From Clostridia bacterium (GTDB lineage: Bacteria > Bacillota > Clostridia > Christensenellales > Aristaeellaceae), in the NCBI GenBank assembly GCA_017463245.1, contig JAFTPN010000017.1, forward strand, positions 88,422 through 152,421: 64,000 bases of DNA. Direction: 5' to 3'. Positions 34,661-40,912 of this stretch are shown here, piece after piece; the stretch's first letter is position 1; the number at the start of each line of letters is the position of its first letter. A model generated the notes under the pieces. The model did no database searches, was not told the DNA's origin, and worked only from the letters and a program-made list of their open reading frames with translations. Both the position numbers and the translations under genes were made by a program.

Positions 34661-35630
34661 TAAGAAGCAGCTGAATGATAAATGCGCCGTGGCTCGTGAC
34701 CTGATGCCCCTGTGCATCGACGGAACTGCCAGCGAGGCCAGCCAGCGCAAGGTGCGCAAGCACGTGGTGGACTGCCCGCCCTGCGCCACCGTGTATCAGG
34801 AAATGCAGACGCAGATCGACCTGGATATGCCTGACCAGCAGGAGGCCAAGCAGTTCGACACGGCGGTGAAAAAGGTGAAGCACAAGCACGCCTGGCGCAA
34901 GCTGCGCAATGTGCTGCTGGGCGTGGTGCTGGCGCTGGTGGTGTGCGCAGGGGCGGCCTATGGCTACTACTGGTACTTTGTGGAGGAAGTGCCCTTGCCG
35001 CTTGACACCTATAGCGTAGAGCTGGTGCTGCGCTCGCCCCAGAGTGAAAAGACGCCGGTGATCATCAAGGCGCAGAATATGCCCAAGCCTGCCGAATTGC
35101 AGGTGGCCTTGCAGCTTGACGGTTCCGTGATGGACGACAGCAACCAGCTGAGACCCTGCTGGGTGATGAACGTTTGGGCTACGGTGACCCGCTCGGTGAA
35201 CCTGGAAACTTGCGGCTACACGGATAACAATTACTACGCCTTTGATCAGCTGATGGAAGGCGAAAACATCTATGACGCTGGTGTATTCATGATCAACGGC
35301 GCACAGTATGATGTGCATACCATCTACAAGGGTGCTGTGGGCGACAAGCAGTCGCTGGTGTTCAAGCGCGGCATGGAGGGCTTTGACCTGGAATGGGAGA
35401 CCATGCAGGATGCTGTGCTGCGCAATGTGTCCTCGCTGACATTCGTGCAAAATAAGCAGGCTTCGGCGGCCTCGCGCAATGAACCGCCGTCCGTGATCAC
35501 CCCGGTGGCGACGCATATGCCTTTTGCCACCATGGAGCCTGTGGCGCTGGTCGATTCCACGCCGGATCCTGATGCTGTGGTTCACGCCACCGCTGCGCCC
35601 AGGCTGACGAAGACGCCTACCGCGAATTGA
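34653..35630 (+). CDS. anti-sigma factor (zf-HC2 N-terminus, single TM, large extracytoplasmic domain)
   Basis: The start overlaps the sigma gene stop. The zinc-binding HxxxCxxC motif is in RKHVVDCPPCATVYQ, followed by the TM segment VLLGVVLALVVCAGAAYGYYWYF. Confidence 0.75.
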   Translation: MSDKKQLNDKCAVARDLMPLCIDGTASEASQRKVRKHVVDCPPCATVYQEMQTQIDLDMPDQQEAKQFDTAVKKVKHKHAWRKLRNVLLGVVLALVVCAGAAYGYYWYFVEEVPLPLDTYSVELVLRSPQSEKTPVIIKAQNMPKPAELQVALQLDGSVMDDSNQLRPCWVMNVWATVTRSVNLETCGYTDNNYYAFDQLMEGENIYDAGVFMINGAQYDVHTIYKGAVGDKQSLVFKRGMEGFDLEWETMQDAVLRNVSSLTFVQNKQASAASRNEPPSVITPVATHMPFATMEPVALVDSTPDPDAVVHATAAPRLTKTPTAN

Positions 35631-35874
35631 TGCACTCCACGATCTCCACTAAGATCACATCATCGCCGATCTTGCAGATATTGTCCCAGGGGATCACAAT
35701 GCCGCAGCGCTCGCCCCGGAAGAGGGCGCTGAGGCTGAATTCCCCCGGCACCACCAGGGCGCTGACCCTGCCATCGGCGGCGCAGAACTCGATATCCATG
35801 GGCTTGCCCAGGGAGGCGCCCGTGAGGGTGTTGATCACGTCCTTCTGTTTCAGATCGCCAAGGGTCATGGACAT
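35617..35874 (-). CDS. YlmC/YmxH-family PRC-barrel protein
   Basis: MSMTLGDLKQKDVINTLTGASLGKPMDIEFCAADGRVSALVVPG...IPWDNICKIGDDVILVE matches the YlmC/YmxH pattern. The 3' end overlaps the convergent anti-sigma gene by 14 nt. Confidence 0.75.
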   Translation of the reverse strand: MSMTLGDLKQKDVINTLTGASLGKPMDIEFCAADGRVSALVVPGEFSLSALFRGERCGIVIPWDNICKIGDDVILVEIVECINSR

Positions 35875-35924
35875 CACCGGCCTTTCGCAGCAGTATATGC
35901 GCGGAAAGGCGGGAATGTGCCAGC

Positions 35925-36029
35925 CAACCCCTCAGTCAGCCGCAAGCGGCTGCCAGCTCCCCTGTGTAAGGGGAGCCTTTTTGCCTTCCCCTTGAGGGGA
36001 AGGTGGCTGAAGGCCGGATGAGGTGGAAA
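35925..36029 (+). repeat. composite repeat: F1-type modules fused to the right half of an F2 MITE
   Basis: CCCCTCAGTCAGCCGCAAGCGGCTGCCAGCTCCCCTGTGTAAGGGGAGCC is followed by CCTTCCCCTTGAGGGGAAGGTGGCTGAAGGCCGGATGAGGTGGAAAG. The right TIR is present at 36017-36029; the left TIR is absent. Confidence 0.7.
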
Positions 36030-36064
36030 GCAGCACACAAGCCCTGATACTTGGCTGCGCATCT

Positions 36065-36153
36065 GTAGGGGCGATCTGTGATCGCCCGCACGCCGCACAA
36101 AAGCATAGCAGGCAGGCAATGCAGCGTGGCGGGCGAACACAGTTCGCCCCTAC
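36065..36153. repeat. REP doublet (REPIN-like inverted pair)
   Basis: GTAGGGGCGATCTGTGATCGCCCGC (36065-36089) and the inverted GGCGGGCGAACACAGTTCGCCCCTAC (36128-36153), with a ~38-nt spacer related to the spacer after the single REP at 18012. Confidence 0.85.
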
Positions 36154-36200
36154 CGGCATCACAAGCGGCGCAATGAGACAAGGGGCAGAACCATTGCCTT

Positions 36201-36283
36201 TTGACGCGCAGCGAAAAAGTTTGATAATTTTCTCACAGAATCGGAAAATCCCCCTGTTCAGACCGGGAAAAGTGTGCTATACT
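36201..36283 (+). promoter_or_regulatory. candidate promoters of the IscU-like/GGGtGRT operon
   Basis: One candidate is TTGACG (36201-36206), 16-nt spacer, GATAAT (36223-36228). A second is the extended -10 TGcTATACT (36275-36283). Confidence 0.4.
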
Positions 36284-36342
36284 ATCATGGACAATGAATG
36301 TCCCCATGTCACGACTATCTCATGATAGGAGGAACCAATCCG

Positions 36343-37044
36343 ATGCTTTACACCAAGGAAGTTGAAGAAATGGTATGCGTCGCGAAGGGCCCCAACCACG
36401 GCCCCGCGCCCATCCCGGAAGAGGGCAAGTGGATCCAGGCCAAGGAGATCAAGGACATCTCCGGTCTGACTCACGGTATTGGCTGGTGCGCCCCCCAGCA
36501 GGGCACCTGCAAGCTGACCCTGAACGTGAAGGAAGGCGTCATCCAGGAAGCGCTGGTCGAGACCATCGGCTGCTCCGGCATGACCCACTCCGCCGCCATG
36601 GCCAGTGAGATCCTGCCCGGCAAGACCATCCTGGAGGCGCTGAACACCGACCTGGTGTGCGACGCCATCAACACCGCCATGCGCGAGCTGTTCCTGCAGA
36701 TCGTGTACGGCCGCACCCAGTCTGCCTTCTCTGACGACGGTCTGCGCATCGGCGCTGGCCTGGAAGACCTGGGCAAGGGCCTGCGCAGCCAGGTCGGCAC
36801 CATGTACGGCACCCTGGAAAAGGGCCCCCGCTACCTGGAAATGGCCGAAGGCTATGTGCTGAAGATCGCCCTGGACAAGGACAACCAGATCTGCGGCTAC
36901 CAGTTCCTGTCCCTGGGCAAGATGATGGACGCCATCAAGAAGGGCATGGAGCCCAACGAGGCCTACGAGAAGAACATCGGCACCTACGGCCGCTTCAAGG
37001 CCGAAGACGGCGCGGTCGCCTGGATCGACCCCCGCAAGCAGTAA
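36343..37044 (+). CDS. NifU/IscU N-terminal-like scaffold-domain protein with unknown C-terminal extension
   Basis: ATG 36343 lies 9 nt after GGAGGA. GIGWCAPQQGTCKLTLNVKEGVIQEALVETIGCSGMTHSAAMASEILPGKTILEALN..LVCDAINTAM resembles the IscU fold and keeps the three scaffold Cys positions. The last ~110 aa are unassigned. Confidence 0.65.
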   Translation: MLYTKEVEEMVCVAKGPNHGPAPIPEEGKWIQAKEIKDISGLTHGIGWCAPQQGTCKLTLNVKEGVIQEALVETIGCSGMTHSAAMASEILPGKTILEALNTDLVCDAINTAMRELFLQIVYGRTQSAFSDDGLRIGAGLEDLGKGLRSQVGTMYGTLEKGPRYLEMAEGYVLKIALDKDNQICGYQFLSLGKMMDAIKKGMEPNEAYEKNIGTYGRFKAEDGAVAWIDPRKQ

Positions 37045-37062
37045 TTAAAGGAGGTATGTGAT

Positions 37063-38080
37063 AATGGCTCTGTTTGAAAACTACGAAGGCCGCATGCCTC
37101 AGCTGCAGCCTGTTCTGGAAAAGTACGGCTTTGCCTCCTGGGAAGACCTGAAGGCTTACAACAACTCCAAGGGCGTGGACGGCTACGGCATCACCGAAGG
37201 CATCCAGCCCATCTGCTTCGAGAATGCCAAGTGGGCCTACGAGCTGGGCGCCGGCATTGCTCTGAAGAAGGGCGTGAAGACTGCTAAGGAAGCCGCCGTG
37301 TGCATCGGCGAAGCCCTGCAGGCCTTCTGCATCCCCGGCTCCGTTGCCGACCAGCGTCAGGTTGGTCTGGGTCACGGCAACCTGGGCGCCATGCTGCTGG
37401 ACGAAGCCACCGAGTGCTTCGCTTTCCTGGCTGGCCACGAGTCCTTCGCTGCTGCTGAAGGCGCCATCGGCATCGCCCGCAATGCCAACAAGGTTCGTAA
37501 GAACCCCCTGCGCGTGATCCTGAACGGCCTGGGCAAGGACGCCGCCATGATCATCAGCCGCATCAACGGCTTCACCTATGTGGAGACCAAGTACGACTAC
37601 CTGTCTGCCGACGTGAAGGAAGACCATGCCCTGACCATCGTGAAGAAGACCGCTTATTCCGATGGCGAGCGCGCCAAGGTCAACTGCTACGGCGCTGACG
37701 ATGTGCGCGAAGGCGTGGCCATCATGTGGCACGAGGGCGTGGGCGTTTCCATCACCGGTAACTCCACCAACCCCACCCGCTTCCAGCACCCCGTTGCCGG
37801 CACCTACAAGAAGGAAATGATCGAGGCTGGCAAGAAGTACTTCTCCGTTGCCTCCGGCGGCGGCACCGGCCGTACCCTGCATCCCGACAACATGGCTGCC
37901 GGCCCTGCCTCCTACGGCATGACCGACACCCTGGGCCGTATGCACTCCGACGCTCAGTTCGCTGGCTCCTCTTCCGTGCCCGCTCACGTGGAGATGATGG
38001 GTCTGATCGGCATGGGCAACAACCCCATGGTTGGTGCTACCGTGGCCGTGGCTGTGGCCGTGGAGAATGCCTCCAAGTAA
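37063..38080 (+). CDS. GGGtGRT-family protein (conserved, function unknown)
   Basis: ATG 37063 lies 9 nt after AAGGAGG. It contains the signature SVASGGGTGRTLHPDNMAAGPASYGMTD. Codon bias is strong (cgt, ggt, tcc, gct, ctg, aag). Confidence 0.8.
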
Positions 38081-38082
38081 TC
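38027..38082 (+). repeat. direct repeat DR1 (3' end of the GGGtGRT gene)
   Basis: ATGGTTGGTGCTACCGTGGCCGTGGCTGTGGCCGTGGAGAATGCCTCCAAGTAATC recurs at 38770-38825 with 54/56 identity by hand alignment. Confidence 0.9.
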
Positions 38083-38089
38083 AGGTTTT

Positions 38090-38126
38090 AAGAAGGGCAG
38101 AAGTGATTCTGCCCTTCTTTATTATT
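38090..38126 (+). terminator. rho-independent terminator (AT-rich, belongs to the inserted segment)
   Basis: AAGAAGGGCAGA-AGTGAT-TCTGCCCTTCTT followed by TATTATT. Confidence 0.65.
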
Positions 38127-38139
38127 GAAGGTGAAGTGG

Positions 38140-38730
38140 ATGGATGCATTAACTTTTTCCTTTTTTGCATTTCTCATTCGAGGTGTGTTTCTTGGCTTTG
38201 TTACCCAGCATATTGCAACCAGCAAAGGATATGAAACGGGATTTGCTTGGGGTTTTTGGCTTGGTTTGATAGGTGTATTCGTAGTTGCGGTAAAACCGGA
38301 AGTCAATGTATCAGCTCATAATTACGGAGAGAAAAACCAATATTGGAAGCGACTTGCTGGAGAAACGCCTAAACAAGCCCCTTGGTGTTGCGTGTGTGGA
38401 CAAGAGAATGTTGCCGATTTGCAATATTGTACCAGATGTGGACGCACGAAGGAAGAAGGCGAAAGCAAGGCGTTTGTGAAGGTGGAATGCTCGTATTGCG
38501 GGGCCAAAAACAATGCAAGCAACGAAGAGTGTTTTGCTTGCGGACGCTCTTTGAAAAATTCTTCTTACACACCGGCAGTGCAGACAGTCAGGCAAGAAAC
38601 GCCGAAACAGGTTGTTGGTGATGTCGACAGCCTGGAAGCGTTGAAAAAACTTGCAGAATTGCGAGATTTAGGTGTGTTGACTGAGAATGAATTCCAAGAA
38701 AAGAAAGCGGCTATCATGGCTAAGATATGA
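38140..38730 (+). CDS. membrane protein with two zinc-ribbon motifs and a C-terminal SHOCT domain (low-GC cassette gene)
   Basis: ATG 38140 follows GAAGGTGA; TTG 38125 is possible. Two N-terminal TM helices. CxxC...CxxC pairs at CCVCGQENVADLQYCTRCG and CSYCGAKNNASNEECFACG. The C-terminus LEALKKLAELRDLGVLTENEFQEKKAAIM is SHOCT-like. Line 38161-38220 has 24/60 G+C. Confidence 0.7.
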   Translation: MDALTFSFFAFLIRGVFLGFVTQHIATSKGYETGFAWGFWLGLIGVFVVAVKPEVNVSAHNYGEKNQYWKRLAGETPKQAPWCCVCGQENVADLQYCTRCGRTKEEGESKAFVKVECSYCGAKNNASNEECFACGRSLKNSSYTPAVQTVRQETPKQVVGDVDSLEALKKLAELRDLGVLTENEFQEKKAAIMAKI

Positions 38731-38769
38731 TGCGATATGGGTGAGGCTGGAGAGTTGAAGTAACAATCG

Positions 38770-38823
38770 ATGGTTGGTGCTACCGTTGCCGTGGCTGTGG
38801 CCGTGGAGAACGCCTCCAAGTAA
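38770..38823 (+). pseudogene. orphan duplicate of the last 17 codons of the GGGtGRT gene
   Basis: Encodes MVGATVAVAVAVENASK*, identical in protein to the end of the 37063..38080 product. It differs at two synonymous positions (GTG/GTT, AAT/AAC) and has no upstream reading frame. Confidence 0.8.
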
Positions 38824-38825
38824 TC
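38770..38825 (+). repeat. direct repeat DR2
   Basis: Second copy of the 56-nt repeat. It is followed by a diverged but recognisably related terminator region (GGTTTCAA...GAAGGGCAGA). Confidence 0.9.
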
Positions 38826-38838
38826 TCTGGTTTCAATC

Positions 38839-38873
38839 GGGTCTGTCCGGAAGGGCAGACCCTTTCTCGTTTT
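38839..38873 (+). terminator. rho-independent terminator (probably the original terminator of the GGGtGRT operon)
   Basis: GGGTCTG-TCCGGAAGGG-CAGACCC followed by TTTCTCGTTTT. Confidence 0.65.
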
Positions 38874-38895
38874 CGCTAAGGGGTAACGGCCGTAG

Positions 38896-39019
38896 TTTCC
38901 ACCTCATCAGTCAGCGCAAGCGCTGACAGCTTCCCCTCAAGGGGAAGCCTTGGTGCATGGTCAAGCAATATGCCTTCCCCTTGAGGGGAAGGTGGCCGAA
39001 GGCCGGATGAGGTGGAAAG
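38896..39019 (+). mobile_element. MITE-like element F2, short form
   Basis: TTTCCACCTCATC AGTCAGCGCAAGCGCTGAC AGCTTCCCCTCAAGGGGAAGC ... CCTTCCCCTTGAGGGGAAGG TGGCCGAAGGCC G GATGAGGTGGAAA. Confidence 0.85.
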
Positions 39020-39056
39020 CTGCTGGAGCGTAACCTATGTAGGAGGCTGATGCCTG

Positions 39057-39140
39057 ATGTGGATCCTATTGACCTACGTATTCCTGCCCATTGTGGCCAT
39101 CCTGGTGCTGAACTGGCTGTTCAAGCGGTCGATGAAATAA
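39057..39140 (+). CDS. possible 27-aa hydrophobic micro-protein
   Basis: Hand translation gives MWILLTYVFLPIVAILVLNWLFKRSMK*. TAGGAGG lies 10 nt upstream. Single TM-like peptide with no homology support. Confidence 0.3.
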   Translation: MWILLTYVFLPIVAILVLNWLFKRSMK

Positions 39141-39179
39141 AGTTGGGGTCGTGTGCCATCTTGAAAAGGGGATTATCAG

Positions 39180-39578
39180 ATGTTTGAAAACATTGGCGGC
39201 AAGTTGAAGACATTTGCAAAAGTCAGTTTCTGGGTCGGTATGGTTTTTGCTGTGCTATTGGGTATTGTGGAAGCGGCGCAAAGCAAAAGCTTTCTGCTGG
39301 GCGTTTTGGAAACGGCGCTTTGGGCTTTGGGCATCTGGCTGGAGGCGCTGGTCGTTTATGCGGTTGGCGATATTGCGGAAAAGTCAGCAGAGAATAATAA
39401 GCTGTTAACGAAGATGGCGGCAAGTCAGTTGGAGCAGGAGCCGAAACGCGTCAGCAGACTGGATGCGCTGAGCAAGGATGAGCCAGCTCGCCCGACGGAC
39501 GGCTGGATCTGCGAACAGTGCGGCATGAGGAATAGTTCAGGCGCAAGATTTTGTAAGGGCTGTGGAAATTACAAGTAA
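39180..39578 (+). CDS. membrane protein with C-terminal zinc ribbon
   Basis: 132 aa. Two TM helices (VSFWVGMVFAVLLGIV.., LWALGIWLEALVVYAVG) and the C-terminal WICEQCGMRNSSGARFCKGCGNYK. By eye its third-position G+C is lower than in the neighbouring core genes (not counted). Confidence 0.65.
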   Translation: MFENIGGKLKTFAKVSFWVGMVFAVLLGIVEAAQSKSFLLGVLETALWALGIWLEALVVYAVGDIAEKSAENNKLLTKMAASQLEQEPKRVSRLDALSKDEPARPTDGWICEQCGMRNSSGARFCKGCGNYK

Positions 39579-39593
39579 TCACTCAAAATGACA

Positions 39594-39631
39594 GGGAGCT
39601 TCCTCCGGCGGGGGAGGCTCCCCTTTTGTTT
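39594..39631 (+). terminator. rho-independent terminator
   Basis: GGGAGCTTCCTCC-GGCG-GGGGAGGCTCCC followed by CTTTTGTTT. Confidence 0.7.
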
Positions 39632-39691
39632 CGAGAAAGTAAAGATTGGGTCAATTTTTTGCCCAAATGGACAATTTCAGCAAGAAAAGGG

Positions 39692-39720
39692 TTGAAATCC
39701 CAGCCTAAATCCTCTATAAT
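39692..39720 (+). promoter_or_regulatory. near-consensus sigma-A promoter of the ABC importer operon
   Basis: TTGAAA (39692-39697), 17-nt spacer, TATAAT (39715-39720). Confidence 0.7.
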
Positions 39721-39776
39721 ATAGGCAGATAAAGCTGGCACGTGATATCGCCAGCGAATAACGGAGGTAGAAACCT

Positions 39777-40814
39777 ATGAAGAAATTGGTTGCCCTGATG
39801 CTTGCCGTGCTGATGATCGGCAGCTGCTTCACCAGCGCCTTTGCCGTGAACGAGGATGTTTCCGGCAAGGTCATGATCTACACCTCGATGTATCAGTTCG
39901 TCATCGATATGATGGACGAAGCCATCAAGAAGGAATTCCCCAACCTGGAAGGCGCTAACGAAGGCTCTTTCTTCTTCTATGGCGGCACCGGCACCATCCA
40001 GCAGAAGGTGGAAGGCGAAATGGACACCGGCACCCTGGGCTGCGATATGCTGATGGTGGCTGAGCCTGCTTACTCCCTGCAGCTGCAGGAGGGCGGCTGG
40101 CTGCACCCCTATGTGGTGGAAGGCGCTGACGAGCTGCTCCGCTTTGACTACGACAAGGAAGGCTACTGGTACCCCGTTCGCGTGTGCAACATGGTGCTGG
40201 CCTACAACCCCGAAAAGTATTCCTACGACGAAGTGCCCCACACCTTCAAGGACTTCGCCTATGACACCAGCCTGAAGGGCCTGACCTCCATGGGCAACGC
40301 CATGACCAGCGGCACCACCATGGCTGCTGTGGCCGCCCTGACCGACAAGTATGGCTACGAGTATCTGGACGCCCTGGGCGCCAATGGTACCATGATCGAG
40401 TCCGGCTCCTCCGCCCTGGCGAAGCTGCAGACCGGCGAGTGCAAGGTCATCATGATCCTGGAAGAATCCGTGCTGAAGATCCGCGAGGAAGAAGGCAGCA
40501 AGATCGAGTGCATCTATCCCGAAGACGGCGTGATCCTGATCCCCTCCACCGTGATGACCGTGGCCGAGGATCGCAGCGCCAACATGAACGTGGAAGCTTG
40601 CGAAGCCCTGACCGAGTGGCTGCTGAGCGAAGAAGCCCAGAAGCTGATCCTGGAAGCTTACATGCACTCCGTGTTCGCCACCATGACCGAAGTGCCCTAT
40701 GACTCTGTGGACACCAATGGCCTGATCGAGAAGGACATGGGCGTTGATTGGGTTCGCTGCTACACCCAGCGCGACGAGATCCGCACCCAGTTCCAGGAGA
40801 AGGTTACCCAGTAA
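39777..40814 (+). CDS. ABC transporter substrate-binding lipoprotein (Fbp/Afu-like, family-1 SBP)
   Basis: MKKLVALMLAVLMIGSC has a lipobox. It is about 345 aa, periplasmic-binding-protein-like, and sits in an operon with a two-domain permease and a TOBE-containing ATPase. The codon bias is that of an abundant protein. Confidence 0.8.
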   Translation: MKKLVALMLAVLMIGSCFTSAFAVNEDVSGKVMIYTSMYQFVIDMMDEAIKKEFPNLEGANEGSFFFYGGTGTIQQKVEGEMDTGTLGCDMLMVAEPAYSLQLQEGGWLHPYVVEGADELLRFDYDKEGYWYPVRVCNMVLAYNPEKYSYDEVPHTFKDFAYDTSLKGLTSMGNAMTSGTTMAAVAALTDKYGYEYLDALGANGTMIESGSSALAKLQTGECKVIMILEESVLKIREEEGSKIECIYPEDGVILIPSTVMTVAEDRSANMNVEACEALTEWLLSEEAQKLILEAYMHSVFATMTEVPYDSVDTNGLIEKDMGVDWVRCYTQRDEIRTQFQEKVTQ

Positions 40815-40835
40815 TTTCAAGCACAGCGGTGCTTC

Positions 40836-40872
40836 CGCGGGGGAAGCCAATCATGGCTTCCCCCGCGTTTTG
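40836..40872 (+). terminator. strong intra-operon hairpin/terminator between the SBP and permease genes
   Basis: CGCGGGGGAAGCC-AATCAT-GGCTTCCCCCGCG (13-bp stem) followed by TTTTG. Confidence 0.7.
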
Positions 40873-40912
40873 AACATTTATGGATGAAACCGTCCAAAAG
40901 GGGGACGCACGG

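Noticed and set aside
38731-38769. Tiny ORFs (MRYG*, MGEAGELK*) between the cassette gene and DR2.
   Set aside because: They are only 4-8 codons, have no SD, and lie in the junction sequence of the insertion.
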